The notes: generated by a model not told the origin, from the letters alone. A DNA stretch of 64,000 nucleotides from Microvirga sp. (GCA_035944475.1 DASZBD010000025.1:864-64863), one strand, 5' to 3'. Numbered from the stretch's first letter, positions 29,210 to 40,921 are shown. Program-made: numbers and translations.

Positions 29210-30082
29210 TCAGAACCCCCGCACGGGCATGCCGTCGCGGCGGCGCAGCCAGTTGTCCGGGCTCCAGCGCGCGGTGCGGTCGACCACGTGGAGCGCGTAG
29301 GCCTCCCGCGAGCGCGGGCTGGTATTGGGGGAGGAGCGGTGCGGGGCAAGGCCGTGGAGCACCACGAGGGTGCCCTTGGGGGCGGTGAGGGCCACCTCCC
29401 GGTCGAGGGGCCAGTCCTTCTCGCCGAGCTTGTCCATTACGAGCCGGTCGCCCTGGTAGCGGAAGCGCTCGCGCAGGCCCTCGTTCTGCACGCCCGGGAT
29501 GCCGAGGAGGCAGCCATTGGTCTCGTCCGCGTCCTCGAGCGCGAACCAGAAGCCCGTCACCGTGACCGGGTCCGTGTGGAGAAAGGTGGCGTCCTGGTGG
29601 CAGTTCACCTCGCCGCCGATGCGGGGCGGCTTGAAGATCACCATGGACTGGACGAGCCCGGGATCGGCAAGGCCGAGGCTGCGAGCGAGGGCGGCGAGCT
29701 TCGGATCGCGGGAGAAGCGCTCGAAGACGGGATCGAGATCGTGCATGGCGTGCCCGATCTTGTTCATCGCCGCGTGCTTGTCCTTCGTCAGCCGGCCCGC
29801 CTCGTCGAAGGCGCCCTTCTCGAAGAAGAACCGGATCTCGTCGCCGGATTCCTGGAAGTAGCGGTCGGCCGCATGCTGCTGGCTGCCGCCCGCCTCGAAG
29901 ATGCTCGTCACCGTCGCGGGGTCGAAGCCGTCGATGAGGGCGTGCGTGTGGGCCCGCAGCGCGTCGCATTCCGCATGCGTCTTGAAGCCCTCGACGACGA
30001 GGAAGCCGTCGCGGGCATAGGCCTCCTGCATCTGAAGGGTCGCGGCGCCGTCGGGGGTGGCCTCAAAGCGGGGAAGGGACAT
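29210..30082 (-). CDS. Phytanoyl-CoA dioxygenase family (PHYHD1-like) protein
   Basis: NKIGHAMH, QSMVIFKPP, HQD, H..H.S..N.S..SR. Confidence 0.9.
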   Translation of the reverse strand: MSLPRFEATPDGAATLQMQEAYARDGFLVVEGFKTHAECDALRAHTHALIDGFDPATVTSIFEAGGSQQHAADRYFQESGDEIRFFFEKGAFDEAGRLTKDKHAAMNKIGHAMHDLDPVFERFSRDPKLAALARSLGLADPGLVQSMVIFKPPRIGGEVNCHQDATFLHTDPVTVTGFWFALEDADETNGCLLGIPGVQNEGLRERFRYQGDRLVMDKLGEKDWPLDREVALTAPKGTLVVLHGLAPHRSSPNTSPRSREAYALHVVDRTARWSPDNWLRRRDGMPVRGF

Positions 30083-30103
30083 GGTTTAAGCTCCGACGGA
30101 CGC

Positions 30104-31330
30104 CTAGCGTTTCAGCCACGAGCGTCCCGCAAGGGGGGCCGGCAGGTCAAGGTGCTCGGCCACCGTGGCGCCGATATCGGCGAAGCTCTCCCGCCGCCCG
30201 ATGGAGCCGGGCGCGACGCCGGGGCCGAAGGCGAGGATCGGCGCGTGCTCGCGGGTGTGGTCCGAGCCGCGCCAGGTGGGATCGTTGCCGTGATCCGCCG
30301 TGACGATCGCGATGTCGCCCTCGCGCAAGGCCGCGGCGATCTCGGGCACGCGCCGGTCGAAGGCCTCGAGAGCCGCGGCATAGCCCGGAACGTCCCGGCG
30401 GTGGCCGAACTCGGTGTCGAAGTCGACGAGGTTGGCGAAGACGAAGCCCCCGTCCGGCAGGCTCCGCATCGCGTCGATGGCGGCGGTGAGGCAAGCCTCG
30501 TTGCCGTGGGGCTTCACCTCCTCGCCCGTCCCGCGATGGGCGAAGATGTCGCCGATCTTGCCCACCGTGACGACGCGCCGCCCGGCTTTCGTGAGCACGT
30601 CGAGGATCGTGTCGGAGGGCGGCGGCGTCGCGAAATCCTTGCGGTTGCCGGTCCGGGTGAAGCCCGCCTCCGGGCTGCCGACGAAGGGGCGGGCGATGAC
30701 GCGGCCGATCCGGTAGGGATCGCACAGGGGCCGGGCGGTCCGGCACAGGGCGTAGAGGCGCTCGAGCCCGAAGGTCTCCTCGTGGGCCGCGATCTGCATG
30801 ACGCTGTCGACCGAGGTGTAGACGATGGGCTTTCCCGTCCGCATGTGCTCGGCGCCGAACTCGTCGATGACGGCGGTGCCGGAGGCGTGCTTGTCGGCGA
30901 GGATGCCCGGCAGGTCGCCCGCCGCGATCAGCGCCCGCGACAGCTCGGCCGGGAAGGTGGGCTGCGTGTCGGGGAAGTAGCCCCAGTCGAAGGTGACCGG
31001 AACGCCCGCGATCTCCCAGTGGCCGGAGGGCGTGTCCTTGCCCTTCGAGGTCTCGACCCCGTAGCCCCAGGCGCCGCGCAGCGGGCCCTTCGGCTCGAGA
31101 TTCGGCGGCATGCGGCCGGTGGAAGCCTCGCCCGCAAGGCCGAGGCCGAGGGCCGCGAGGTTCGGCAGGTCGAGGGGCCCCCGCCGCAGCCCCGCCCGGT
31201 CCCCGCGTCCCGCCGCGCAGGCTTCCGCGATGTGCCCCAGGGTGTCGGCCCCCGCATCCCCGTATTCGGCCGCATCCTCCGCGCCGCCGATGCCGACGGA
31301 GTCGAGAACGATGACGAGGGCGCGGGGCAT
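30104..31330 (-). CDS. deoB: Phosphopentomutase
   Basis: [43 protein letters not shown]. Confidence 0.96.
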   Translation of the reverse strand: MPRALVIVLDSVGIGGAEDAAEYGDAGADTLGHIAEACAAGRGDRAGLRRGPLDLPNLAALGLGLAGEASTGRMPPNLEPKGPLRGAWGYGVETSKGKDTPSGHWEIAGVPVTFDWGYFPDTQPTFPAELSRALIAAGDLPGILADKHASGTAVIDEFGAEHMRTGKPIVYTSVDSVMQIAAHEETFGLERLYALCRTARPLCDPYRIGRVIARPFVGSPEAGFTRTGNRKDFATPPPSDTILDVLTKAGRRVVTVGKIGDIFAHRGTGEEVKPHGNEACLTAAIDAMRSLPDGGFVFANLVDFDTEFGHRRDVPGYAAALEAFDRRVPEIAAALREGDIAIVTADHGNDPTWRGSDHTREHAPILAFGPGVAPGSIGRRESFADIGATVAEHLDLPAPLAGRSWLKR

Positions 31331-31446
31331 GAGAGGTCTCCGGTTCTGCGGCCGCCCGAGGGCGGGGAGGGGGTTCTACACCCCCGGGGACGGGATGGCA
31401 CGTTTTTGGGATGCTGGCCGCTTGAGGATGGAACGCGACGCCTCCA

Positions 31447-31587
31447 CTCCCTCCCCTCAGGGGAGGGGTAGGGGCGGGGTATGCCGCGCCAGCGGCAGGC
31501 TTTCGTCGAGGCCAGAACTCGCCTTCGGCGAACACCCCACCCGCCTCGGGCTGCGCCCGCGGCACCCTCCCCTGAAGGGAGGGAGGG
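31447..31587. repeat. Palindromic REP-like element, family C
   Basis: CTCCCTCCCCTCAGGGGAGGG...ACTCGCCTTCGGCGAACAC...CCCCTGAAGGGAGGGAG; close copy at 44147-44287. Confidence 0.85.
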
Positions 31588-31649
31588 CTATGGCACGGTC
31601 GCGGCCAAGACTTGATCGGACCCTAAGCGTCCGGTGTGGCTGGCGGCCG

Positions 31650-33278
31650 TTACTCCCGCACCGCCCCGGCGCCTGCGGTCTCCAGGTTGAAGGCGGCGGC
31701 GAAGAGGGCGCGGGTGTAGGGGGTCTTGGGCTCGGCGAAGATGCGCTCGGCCGGGCCCTCCTCCACCACTTGGCCGTTCTGCATCACCACCACGTGGTTC
31801 GACAGCGCCCGCACGACCTTGAGGTCGTGGCTGATGAACATGTAGGCGAGGCTGCGGCGGCGCTGGAGGTCGCGCAGGAGCTCGACGATCTGCGCCTGCA
31901 CGCTCATGTCGAGGGCGGAGGTTGGCTCGTCCAGCACCACGAAGCGGGGCTCGAGGGCCATGGCCCGCGCGATGGCGATGCGCTGGCGCTGCCCGCCGGA
32001 GAATTCGTGCGGGTAGCGGTCCATGGTGGCGGGGTCGAGGCCCACGTCGTGGAGCGCCCGGGCCACCACGTCCCGGCGTTCGGCGTAGGACAGGCCGCGC
32101 TCCTGCACGAGGAGGCCCTCCTCCACGATCTCGGCGACGGAGAGGCGCGGCGACAGGGATCCGAACGGATCCTGGAACACCACCTGCAGGTTCTTGCGCA
32201 GGGGCCGCAGCTCCCGCGCCCGCAGGCCGTCGAGGCGCTGTCCAAGGAAGACCACCGGGCCCTCCGAGCGCAGGAGCCGCAGGATCGCGAGGCCGAGGGT
32301 CGTCTTGCCGGACCCCGATTCTCCGACGACGCCCACGGTCTCGCCCTCGCGGACGCGGATCGACACGCCATCCACGGCCTTCACGTGCCCCACCGTGCGC
32401 TGCAGGAAGCCGCGCTTGATCGGGAACCACACCTTGATCGGCCCGGCCTCCACGACGATCGGGGCCTCGGAGGCGATCGGATTGGCGCGGCCCTTGGGCT
32501 CGGCCGCGAGGAGGCGCCGGGTATAGGGGTGCTGCGGGTTCGCGAAGACCTCCGCCACCGGGCCCGCCTCCACGATCTCGCCCTTGAGCATCACGCAGAC
32601 CCGGTCCGCCACCTTGCGGACGATGCCGAGGTCGTGGGTGATGAACAGCATCGCCATGTTGAGGCGGGATTTCAGGTCGGCGAGGAGCTTCAGGATCTGC
32701 GCCTGGACGGTGACGTCGAGCGCCGTCGTCGGCTCGTCCGCGATGAAGAGGTCGGGCTCGTTGGCGAGGGCCATGGCGATCATCACGCGCTGGCGCTGGC
32801 CGCCGGAGAGCTGGTGCGGATAGGCCGACAGGCGGCTTTCCGCGTCGCGCAGGCCCACGAGCTCGAGGAGTTCGAGGGTGCGGGCCCGCGCCTTTCCGCC
32901 CGAGAGGCCGCGGTGGAGCTCCAGGATCTCGCCGATCTGCTGCTCGATGGTGTGGAGCGGGTTCAGGGACGTCATGGGCTCCTGGAACACCATGGTGATG
33001 TCGTCGCCGCGCACCGCCCGCATCTCGTCCTCGGACGCCGCCAGGAGGTCGCGGCCCTTGAACAGGATCCGCCCCGAGGGGTGATGGGCCGACGGGTAGG
33101 GCAGCAGCTTCAGCACCGAGAGCGCAGAGACCGACTTGCCGGACCCGGATTCGCCAACGAGCGCCACGGTCTCGCCCGGCATCACGTCGAACGACACCCG
33201 GTCCACCGCCAGCATGTCCCGCCCGCCCTGCCGGAAGGCGACGGAGAGGTCCTGGACGGAGAGGAGGGGGGTGGTCAT
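31650..33278 (-). CDS. yejF: Peptide ABC transporter ATP-binding protein (double ATPase)
   Basis: Two GESGSGKS/T Walker A motifs, LSGGQRQR and FSGGQRQR; operon context. Confidence 0.9.
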   Translation of the reverse strand: MTTPLLSVQDLSVAFRQGGRDMLAVDRVSFDVMPGETVALVGESGSGKSVSALSVLKLLPYPSAHHPSGRILFKGRDLLAASEDEMRAVRGDDITMVFQEPMTSLNPLHTIEQQIGEILELHRGLSGGKARARTLELLELVGLRDAESRLSAYPHQLSGGQRQRVMIAMALANEPDLFIADEPTTALDVTVQAQILKLLADLKSRLNMAMLFITHDLGIVRKVADRVCVMLKGEIVEAGPVAEVFANPQHPYTRRLLAAEPKGRANPIASEAPIVVEAGPIKVWFPIKRGFLQRTVGHVKAVDGVSIRVREGETVGVVGESGSGKTTLGLAILRLLRSEGPVVFLGQRLDGLRARELRPLRKNLQVVFQDPFGSLSPRLSVAEIVEEGLLVQERGLSYAERRDVVARALHDVGLDPATMDRYPHEFSGGQRQRIAIARAMALEPRFVVLDEPTSALDMSVQAQIVELLRDLQRRRSLAYMFISHDLKVVRALSNHVVVMQNGQVVEEGPAERIFAEPKTPYTRALFAAAFNLETAGAGAVRE

Positions 33279-33501
33279 TGGTATATGAACGTTCTTTCCG
33301 AAACTCGGATCAGATTGCCATCGCGGTACTGGAAGATGACCTCCACCACCTCTGAGCCTTCCTGGATTCCCCAAAGCTCTCGATCATGACCGTCACGACC
33401 GCATCGTGCTCAAAGTGCGACGCGATATCGTCCGCAAACTTGCGTGCTGGGTAATTGTAGATGATGTGGCGCCGGAACCGCGCAGGGTCGGACGTCGTCA
33501 C
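33275..33501 (-). pseudogene. Frameshifted small ORF (about 75 aa if repaired) between yejE and yejF
   Basis: GTG start overlaps yejE TGA; a second frame ends in TGA overlapping yejF ATG; the 227-nt span is 1 nt short of a multiple of 3. Confidence 0.55.
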
Positions 33502-34664
33502 TGGAACGTCTTTCGCGGATCGAACGCGTCCCGCACCGCCTCGCCGACGAAGATGAGGAGCGAGAGCATCACGGCGATGACGATGAAGCCCGTGAGGCCG
33601 AGCCAGGGCGCCTGGAGGTTCGCCTTTCCTTGCGCGAGGAGTTCCCCGAGCGACGGCGAGCCCGGGGGCAGGCCGAAGCCGAGGAAGTCGAGCGAGGTCA
33701 GCGTCGTGATCGAGCCGTTGAGGATGAAGGGCAGGAAGGTGAGCGTCGCCACCATGGCGTTCGGCAGGAGGTGCTTGAACATGATGGTGCCGTTCGAGAG
33801 CCCGAGCGCCCGTGCGGCCCGCACGTATTCGAAGTTGCGGGCCCGCAGGAACTCGGCGCGCACCACGCCGACGAGGGACACCCAGGAGAAGAGGAGCAGG
33901 ATGCCGAGGAGCACGAAGAAGCTCGGCGTGATGATCGACGAGATGATGATGAGAAGGTACAGCGCCGGGATCGCGGTCCAGATCTCGATGAAGCGCTGGA
34001 AGAGAAGATCGAGCCAGCCGCCGAAATAGCCCTGCACCGCGCCGGCGAGCACGCCGATCACGGACGAGATGATCGCCAGGATCAGCCCGAACAGCACGGA
34101 GATGCGAAAGCCGTAGATGAGGCGGGCGACCACGTCGCGGCCCTGATCGTCCGTGCCGAGCCAGTTCCACTCGATGTCGCGGCAGCCCGTGCCGCCGCTC
34201 CGCTCGGCGATGGGGCGGCACTGGTCGTCGGTGAGCATCCAGGTCGGCGCGGCGGGGGCGGGCACCGGCAGGTCGAGATTGTGGGTGCGGTAGGAAAAGC
34301 GGATCGGCGGCCAGACCGCCCAGCCGTTCTCGGCGAGCTCTTTTTGGATCACCGGGTCGCGGTAATCGGTCTGCGCGAGAAAGCCCCCGAACTTCTCCTC
34401 CGGGTAGTCGACGAAGACGGGGTAGAGGATCTCGCCCTTGTAGGAGGCGACGATCGGCCGGTCGTTGGCGATGAACTCCGCAAAGAGGCTGACGACGAAG
34501 AGCACGAGGAAGAGCCAGAACGACCAGTGGCCGCGCCGGTTCGCCTTGAAGTTCTGAAGCCTGCGGCGGTTCAGGGGCGAGAGCCGGATGAAGCCTTCGC
34601 GGGGCAGCGGCGGCGCGACGGGCGCGGCGGCGGCGGGCGAGGCAACGGGGATGTGCTCGTTCAC
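33498..34664 (-). CDS. yejE: Peptide ABC transporter permease
   Basis: FAEFIANDRP, WLGTDDQGRDVVARLIYGFRIS, EYVRAARALG. Confidence 0.93.
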   Translation of the reverse strand: MNEHIPVASPAAAAPVAPPLPREGFIRLSPLNRRRLQNFKANRRGHWSFWLFLVLFVVSLFAEFIANDRPIVASYKGEILYPVFVDYPEEKFGGFLAQTDYRDPVIQKELAENGWAVWPPIRFSYRTHNLDLPVPAPAAPTWMLTDDQCRPIAERSGGTGCRDIEWNWLGTDDQGRDVVARLIYGFRISVLFGLILAIISSVIGVLAGAVQGYFGGWLDLLFQRFIEIWTAIPALYLLIIISSIITPSFFVLLGILLLFSWVSLVGVVRAEFLRARNFEYVRAARALGLSNGTIMFKHLLPNAMVATLTFLPFILNGSITTLTSLDFLGFGLPPGSPSLGELLAQGKANLQAPWLGLTGFIVIAVMLSLLIFVGEAVRDAFDPRKTFQ

Positions 34665-34665
34665 C

Positions 34666-35775
34666 TCACGCCTCCCGGGTCTCGAAGTCGATCCGGGGAT
34701 CGATCCACGTATAGGTGAGATCCGAGACGAGGTTCACGACGAGGCCGACGAGGGAGAAGATGTAGAGGGAGGCGAAGACCACCGGATAGTCGCGGTTGAC
34801 GATCGACTCGAAGGAGAGGAGGCCGAGCCCGTCGAGGGAGAAGATCGTCTCGATGAGGAGCGCGCCGCCGAAGAACGCGCCGATGAAGGCTCCGGGAAAG
34901 CCCGCGATCACGATGAGCATGGCGTTGCGGAACACGTGGCGGTAAAGCACCTGGCGCTCGGACAGGCCCTTCATGCGTGCGGTGAGCACGTATTGCTTGC
35001 GGATCTCGTCGAGGAACGAGTTCTTCGTCAGCAGCGTCGAGGTCGCGAAGGCGCCGAGCGCCATGGCGGTGATGGGCAGGGCGATGTGCCAGAGATAGTC
35101 GAGCACTTGGCCGTACCAGGGCAGGCTCGCGAAATTCTCCGAGGTGAGGCCGCGTAGGGGAAAGATCTGCCAGAAGGATCCGCCGGCGAAGAGCACGATG
35201 AGCAGGATCGCGAAGAGGAAGCCCGGGATCGCGTAGCCGATGATCACGACGGCGGAGGTCCAGGTGTCGAACCGCGTGCCGTCCCGCACCGCCTTCTTGA
35301 TCCCGAGCGGGATCGAGATGGCGTAGGACAGAAGCGTCATCCACAGGCCGAGGGTGATGGAGACCGGCAGCTTCTCGGCGATGAGCTGCACCACCGTCAC
35401 GTCGCGAAAATAGCTGCGGCCGAAATCGAAGCGGACGTAGTCCCACAGCATCTTGAAGAACCGCTCGTGCGCCGGGCGGTCGAACCCGAACTGCGCCTCG
35501 AGCTGCTTGATGAAGGCGGGGTCCAGCCCTTGAGCGCCGCGGTAGCGCCCGGACGCTTCGCCGCCCGCTCCGCCGGGCGCCTGGCCGCCGCCACCGAGAT
35601 CGCCGCCGCCGCCCGTGATGCGGGACGTGGCGCCCGAATCCTGGCCCTGGAGCTGCGAGATGATCCGCTCCACCGGACCGCCGGGGGCGAACTGCACGAT
35701 GGCGAAGGAGATCAGCATGATCCCGAAGAGGGTCGGGATCATGAGCAGGACGCGCCGCGCGATATAGGCCAGCAT
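34666..35775 (-). CDS. yejB: Peptide ABC transporter permease
   Basis: [35 protein letters not shown]. Confidence 0.94.
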   Translation of the reverse strand: MLAYIARRVLLMIPTLFGIMLISFAIVQFAPGGPVERIISQLQGQDSGATSRITGGGGDLGGGGQAPGGAGGEASGRYRGAQGLDPAFIKQLEAQFGFDRPAHERFFKMLWDYVRFDFGRSYFRDVTVVQLIAEKLPVSITLGLWMTLLSYAISIPLGIKKAVRDGTRFDTWTSAVVIIGYAIPGFLFAILLIVLFAGGSFWQIFPLRGLTSENFASLPWYGQVLDYLWHIALPITAMALGAFATSTLLTKNSFLDEIRKQYVLTARMKGLSERQVLYRHVFRNAMLIVIAGFPGAFIGAFFGGALLIETIFSLDGLGLLSFESIVNRDYPVVFASLYIFSLVGLVVNLVSDLTYTWIDPRIDFETREA

Positions 35776-36173
35776 CAGGTGGCGGCTCCCGCAGGCCGAC
35801 CGATCCGGCCGAGATGAGTGTCGGAGAAAGCAGTGGGATACTTCAAGCCGTAACCCAGCATGCGGTCGAACCCTACATGCGCGGCGAGGATCGACGCGAG
35901 AGCAAGGAGGATGGATGCGTCGAGAACGAACCCGACCAGCGCCAGGACGGCCGGCAGCACCGTCGTGTGCACCGCGTTGTAGGCGGCGGCGCCGACCCGT
36001 GGCCCGGCCCGGTAGGCCGCGAAGCTCAGATCCGGCGCGAAGAACGCGAGGGCATAGAACCACCAGGACTCGCCGACGAACGCATAGGCGACCGTGGCGG
36101 CAACGAACAGCGCCGATCCCTCCAGCCTCAGCAGGACGCGCGGGCTGCCCGCAACGGCGGGTCTGTGCTCCAT
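35775..36173 (-). CDS. DUF4260-like membrane protein
   Basis: [32 protein letters not shown]...F..THLG. Confidence 0.88.
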   Translation of the reverse strand: MEHRPAVAGSPRVLLRLEGSALFVAATVAYAFVGESWWFYALAFFAPDLSFAAYRAGPRVGAAAYNAVHTTVLPAVLALVGFVLDASILLALASILAAHVGFDRMLGYGLKYPTAFSDTHLGRIGRPAGAAT

Positions 36174-38035
36174 CAGGCCCGCCCGATCCGCCGCGCCTTC
36201 TCGGCGTCGAACCACCAGGTGCCCGGGGCTCCCGAGGCGAGCTTCGGCCTCGTCTCCGGCCGGGAGAACATGTCCCAGTAGGACACCCAGTCGGTGGCCT
36301 TGAACCACATGGGCACCCAGTAATGCCCGGCCCGCAGAACCCGGTCGAGGGCCCGGCAGGCGGTGATGAGTTCGGGGCGCGTCGCCGCGCGGCCGATGCG
36401 CTCGATGAGCGCGTCGACCGCCGGGTCCGCGATGCCGGCGAGGTTGCGGGATCCGGTTGTCCTCGCGGCCTCGGAGCCGAACACCACGCGCAAGGAATCG
36501 CCCGGCGTCGAGACGCCGACGAGGGCGCGGCTCGTCATGTCGAAATCGAACTCGTCGAGGCGGCGCTGGTACTGCGCCGCATCCACGATCCGCGAGCGCG
36601 CCTCGATGCCGAGGCGCTTGAGGTTCGCCTGGAAGGGCTGCGTGTGCGGTTGGAGGAAGGCCGAGGAATCAAGAAACTCGATCTCGAATGGGGCGCCGTT
36701 CGGCAGCCGCAGCGCGTTGCCCTCGCGCCTGCAGCCCGCGGCGCGCAGCAATTCGTCGGCGCGGCGCAGGAGGCGCCGGTCCTGTCCGGAAACGTCCGAG
36801 ACCGCCGGAACGAAGGGCTCGGCGAAGACGGCGGCCGGCAGGCGGCTGCGGAAGGGCTCGAGGAGGGCGAGCTCCTCCGGCGAGGGCGCGCCGACGGCCT
36901 TCATGGGTGAGTTCTCGAAGAAGGACGTGGTCCGCTTGTAGGACCCGAACATGATGTTCTGGTTCGTCCATTCGAAGTCGAAGGCGAGCCCGATCGCCTC
37001 GCGAATGCGCGGATCCTTGAAGGCGTCGCGGCGCAGGTTGAAATACCAGCCCTGGATGGGCGCGGGCGCGTCGACGGCGATCTCCTCGCGCTTCACGCGG
37101 CCCTCGCGCAGGGCCGGGAAGTCGTAAGCCGTCGCCCAGATCCGGGAGGTGAACTCCTCGTTGTAGGTGATGGCGCCCTGCTTGAAGGCCTCGAAGGCCA
37201 CGGTCCGGTCCCGGTAGTACTCGTAGCGGATGCGGTCGAAGTTGTTCTGCCCCACGTTCACGGGCAGGTCCCGGGCCCAGTAATCCGGCACCCGATCGAG
37301 CTCGATGAAGCGCCCCACCTCGAACCGCCCGACCCTGTAGGGGCCCGAGCCCAGCGGCGCCTCGAGGGTCGAGGCCTCGAAGTCGCGGCCCTGCCAGTAG
37401 GCGGCGGAGAAGATCGGCAGGGTGCCGACGAGGAGATGCGCGTCGCGGCTGCGGTTCGGCACGAAGCGGACGCGCAACACCTCGTCGCTCTCGGCCTCGG
37501 CCGCAGCGAGTTCGTCGAGGAGCCCCCGGAAGACCGGGTGGCCCTTCTCCTTCAGGATCGTGAACGAGAACGCCGCGTCGCGGGCCGTGAGCCGCGAGCC
37601 GTCGTGGAAGCGCGCCTCGGGGCGCATCAGGAAGCGGTAGGTGAGCTTGTCGTCCGAGACCCGCACCGCGCGGGCGGCGAGCCCGTACATCGCATCCGGC
37701 TCGTCGATGTGCCTCACCATGAGGGTGTCGAAGGTCGCCGGAACGCCCGCCGCGCCGTCGCCCCGCAGGACGAAGACGTTGAGGGTGTTGAAGGTCTCGA
37801 AGTTCTGGTTCGCGAGAGCCTGGCGCAGCTGCAGCACGATGGTGCCGCCCTTCGGCGCCTGCGGGTTCACGTAGGCGAAGTGCCTGAAATCCGCCGGCAG
37901 GGCGAGGTCGCCGAAGCTCGACAGGCCATGGCTCTCGGCCTCCCCCGCCTGCGCGAAGGCGGCCCGCGGCAGGGCCGCCGAGGCGAGGCCCGCCGCCGTG
38001 CCAGCGAGGACGCTGCGTCGCGTGAGGCGGCTCAT
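36173..38035 (-). CDS. yejA: Peptide ABC transporter substrate-binding protein, Tat signal
   Basis: TRRSVL Tat motif, [31 protein letters not shown]. Confidence 0.88.
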   Translation of the reverse strand: MSRLTRRSVLAGTAAGLASAALPRAAFAQAGEAESHGLSSFGDLALPADFRHFAYVNPQAPKGGTIVLQLRQALANQNFETFNTLNVFVLRGDGAAGVPATFDTLMVRHIDEPDAMYGLAARAVRVSDDKLTYRFLMRPEARFHDGSRLTARDAAFSFTILKEKGHPVFRGLLDELAAAEAESDEVLRVRFVPNRSRDAHLLVGTLPIFSAAYWQGRDFEASTLEAPLGSGPYRVGRFEVGRFIELDRVPDYWARDLPVNVGQNNFDRIRYEYYRDRTVAFEAFKQGAITYNEEFTSRIWATAYDFPALREGRVKREEIAVDAPAPIQGWYFNLRRDAFKDPRIREAIGLAFDFEWTNQNIMFGSYKRTTSFFENSPMKAVGAPSPEELALLEPFRSRLPAAVFAEPFVPAVSDVSGQDRRLLRRADELLRAAGCRREGNALRLPNGAPFEIEFLDSSAFLQPHTQPFQANLKRLGIEARSRIVDAAQYQRRLDEFDFDMTSRALVGVSTPGDSLRVVFGSEAARTTGSRNLAGIADPAVDALIERIGRAATRPELITACRALDRVLRAGHYWVPMWFKATDWVSYWDMFSRPETRPKLASGAPGTWWFDAEKARRIGRA

Positions 38036-39888
38036 CGCGGCGCTCCGGTCTTCGCAGCCTTCGCCTCGTCGAACCACCAGATCGACGGGAAGGCGGCCCC
38101 GCCATAGCGCGGCAGGGTCTCGGGATGGCTGAACCGGTCCCAGCGCGCGGTGCGCTGGAAGCGGTAGGTCCATTGCGGGACGACGTAGTGATTGTGAAGG
38201 AGCACCCGGTCGAGGGCCTTCGTCGTCGCGACCAGTTCCTCGCGGTCCTTCGCGAAGATGAGCCGCTCGATGAGGGCGTCGACCACCGGGTCCTTGATGC
38301 CGGCGAGGTTCTGCGAGCCCTCCCGGTCCGCGGCCCTGGAGCCCCAGAACTCGCGCTGCTCGTTGCCGGGCGAGAGGCTCTGCCCCCACACATGGGTGAT
38401 GACGTCGAAGTCGAAGCTGCGCGTGCGATTGGTGAACTGCACGTCGTCCACCGTGCGCACGGTCGCGACGATGCCGAGGCGCTCGAGCGGCGCCTTGTAG
38501 GGCAGGTAGAAGCGCTCGTCGTTCGGCGTGCTGCCGAGAAGCTCGATGGTGAACGGCTCGCCCCGAGCGTTCACCCGGCGCCCGCCCTTCAGCTCCCAGC
38601 CGGCCTCGCGCAGCAGCCGGTCGGCCTCGCGCAGGTTCGCGCGCGCCGCCTCCGGGTTGCCGCCGACGGGATTCTTGTAGGCCGCCGTGAACACCTCCGG
38701 CGGCAGCCGGTCCCTGAACGGTTCCAGGATCGCGAGCTCGCGCCCCTCGGGCAGACCGGAAGATGCGATCTCGAGCCCGTGAAAGTAGCTCGACACCCGC
38801 TCGTACTGGCCCGACAGCAGCGTGCGGTTGATGTCCTCGAAATCGAAGGCGAGGTTGAAGGCCCGGCGCACGCGGGCGTCCTTGAACTTGTCCCGGCGCA
38901 GGTTGAGCACGATGGCCTGCATCACGCCGGTGGCGCGCAGCGGAAATTCCTCCAGGATCACCCGGCCCTCCTGCCGGGCCGGGAAGTCGTAGCCGACCGC
39001 CCAGTTGCGGGCGCTGTTCTCGCTGCGAAAGTCCGTGCGGTCGCCCTTGAAGGCCTCGAGCAGCACGGTCGCGTCGCGGTAGTATTCGTTGCGGATCTCG
39101 TCGAAGTTGTTCTCGCCGATATTCACGTTGAGGGCGGCGCCCCAGTAATCCTTCACGCGCTCGTACACGGCGGTGCGCCCGGCCTCGAAGCTCTTCACCC
39201 GGTAGGGTCCCGAGCCGAGGGGCGGCTCGAGGCTCGTCTGCGTCACGTCGCGCTTGCGGCCGTCCGGCGCCGTGCCCTCCCACCAGTGCTTCGGCAGCAC
39301 GATGAGCTGGCCCATGATCTGCGGCAACTCGCGGTTGCCGGTCTCGTCGAAGGTGAACCGCACCTCCCGATCGCCGGTCTTCTCCGCCTTCACCACGTTG
39401 CCGTAGTAGAAGGCGTATTGCGGGCTGTTCGCCTTCAGCACCTCGTAGGAGAAGATCACGTCCTCGACGCTCACCGGCCGGCCGTCGTGCCAGCGCGCCT
39501 CCGGCCTCAGGCGGAAGGTGACGGAGGAATAGTCGGCCGGATACGCGAAGGCCTCCGCCAGGAGCCCGTAGGAGGCGCTCGGCTCGTCGAGGGAGGCGGT
39601 TGTCAGGCTCTCGTAGACGCGCCCGATCCCCTGCTCCACCGCGCCGCGCACGCCCGCCACCACGATGTTGAAGCTGTCGAACGTGCCCTGGATGCCGAGC
39701 CGCACCGTGCCGCCCTTCGGGGCGTTGGGATTCACGTAGTCGAAATGCTTGAACCCGGCCGGGTATTTCGGCTCGCCGAGAAGCGCCGCTCCGTGCCGCC
39801 ACGCCGCTTCCTGGGGCGCCTGCTGGGCCTCGGCGGAACTCAGGCCGAGGGCGGCGGCGAGGAAGGCGAAAGCGAGGCTGCGGATCAC
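38032..39888 (-). CDS. yejA: Peptide ABC transporter substrate-binding protein, Sec signal
   Basis: PKYPAGFKHFDYVNPNAPKGG, PLGSGPY, SPGNEQREFWGS. Confidence 0.9.
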   Translation of the reverse strand: MIRSLAFAFLAAALGLSSAEAQQAPQEAAWRHGAALLGEPKYPAGFKHFDYVNPNAPKGGTVRLGIQGTFDSFNIVVAGVRGAVEQGIGRVYESLTTASLDEPSASYGLLAEAFAYPADYSSVTFRLRPEARWHDGRPVSVEDVIFSYEVLKANSPQYAFYYGNVVKAEKTGDREVRFTFDETGNRELPQIMGQLIVLPKHWWEGTAPDGRKRDVTQTSLEPPLGSGPYRVKSFEAGRTAVYERVKDYWGAALNVNIGENNFDEIRNEYYRDATVLLEAFKGDRTDFRSENSARNWAVGYDFPARQEGRVILEEFPLRATGVMQAIVLNLRRDKFKDARVRRAFNLAFDFEDINRTLLSGQYERVSSYFHGLEIASSGLPEGRELAILEPFRDRLPPEVFTAAYKNPVGGNPEAARANLREADRLLREAGWELKGGRRVNARGEPFTIELLGSTPNDERFYLPYKAPLERLGIVATVRTVDDVQFTNRTRSFDFDVITHVWGQSLSPGNEQREFWGSRAADREGSQNLAGIKDPVVDALIERLIFAKDREELVATTKALDRVLLHNHYVVPQWTYRFQRTARWDRFSHPETLPRYGGAAFPSIWWFDEAKAAKTGAPR

Positions 39889-39996
39889 ACGGCGTCTCCG
39901 GGCGGGGTGTCGGGCGACACAGACCTTACATCTTTGTCCGGATCGCGGCGGAGGCAAGGGGACGCAGGCGCCTCACGATCCCGTTGACCGACAAGG

Positions 39997-40020
39997 AAAA
40001 GCCGGGCTGTCGGCCCGGCT
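39997..40020 (-). terminator. Rho-independent terminator after the cytochrome c gene
   Basis: AGCCGGGC-CGACA-GCCCGGCT followed by TTT on the minus strand. Confidence 0.7.
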
Positions 40021-40048
40021 CCAGGGAGGCTGCGGTGGCGGATGGCCC

Positions 40049-40597
40049 TTACTGCGTCGGCAGCGGGGCTGGGCTGTCGGAGAGCGAGCGCAGATAGGCG
40101 ATGATGTCGGCCCGCTCCTGAGCCTGCTGGATGCCGGCGAACGCCATCGTCGTGCCCGGCAGATAGCCGCGCGGGTTCTGGATGAAGGCGTAGATCTCCT
40201 CGAAGCCCCACTTCTCGCCCTTGCCGGCCCGCTCCTTGAGCGGCCCCGAGTAGTTGAAGCCGTCCGCATGCGCCTTGGGGCCCGCCACCACGTTGTAAAG
40301 GTTCGGCCCGACCTTGTTGGCGCCGCCCTTCTCGAAGGTGTGGCACGAGGCGCACTTGCGGGCTGCAGCCTGGCCGCGTCCCACATCGGCCTTGGCGAGC
40401 AGGACGGGGAGGGGCTCGGCGGCGGCGGCCGGAGCGCCGCCCGCCGGGGCCGCGTTCTCCTCGGGCGCGGGCAGGTTGTAGCCCAGAACCGCGGGCTTTT
40501 CCGGTGCGAAGATGCCGTCCGCCACGACGTTCAAGCCAACCGCGAACATCAGCGTGCCGAACACGGCGCCCGCGATCTTGTTGAGTTCGATATTCAT
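40049..40597 (-). CDS. cycM: Membrane-anchored cytochrome c
   Basis: ELNKIAGAV N-terminal TM, CASCH, GPNL, PGTTMAFAGI; divergent from kdsB. Confidence 0.9.
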   Translation of the reverse strand: MNIELNKIAGAVFGTLMFAVGLNVVADGIFAPEKPAVLGYNLPAPEENAAPAGGAPAAAAEPLPVLLAKADVGRGQAAARKCASCHTFEKGGANKVGPNLYNVVAGPKAHADGFNYSGPLKERAGKGEKWGFEEIYAFIQNPRGYLPGTTMAFAGIQQAQERADIIAYLRSLSDSPAPLPTQ

Positions 40598-40755
40598 CGT
40601 AGCAGACACTCCTGGCCGGCGACCGGATAAGCGCGAAAAGGCGTGAGGACACGCGGGCGAGCGCCCGCGCGACGGCGGGGGTTGCTTAGCCGTGAGATGG
40701 GTCTTTGACAATGGGGCCCGCAACGGGTCGCGTGGTCGCATCGGCGGCCGGCTTG

Positions 40756-40860
40756 CCCTCTCCCCCGGAGGGAGAGGGTGGGCCTCGCGTCAGCGAGGGT
40801 CGGGTGAGGGGGAGTGGCGCCACCCGCACCCTGCTTGCCTCCCCCGCCACGGGGGGAGGG
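40756..40860. repeat. Divergent family C-like palindromic element
   Basis: CCCTCTCCCCCGGAGGGAGAGGG...GGGTGAGGGG...CCTCCCCCGCCACGGGGGGAGGG. Confidence 0.7.
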
Positions 40861-40921
40861 ACGGTGTCCCATGACAAACCCCCTCGCCCTTGCTAAGCAG
40901 CGCCGCGGCCCCGAAGGAACC

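Noticed and set aside
36173-39802. Apparent 1209-aa giant solute-binding protein
   Set aside because: The upstream half is an off-frame read through yejA1; the real gene starts at the Tat signal at 38035
36173-39888. Tandem yejA duplication
   Set aside because: Two yejA paralogues are already known in Hyphomicrobiales
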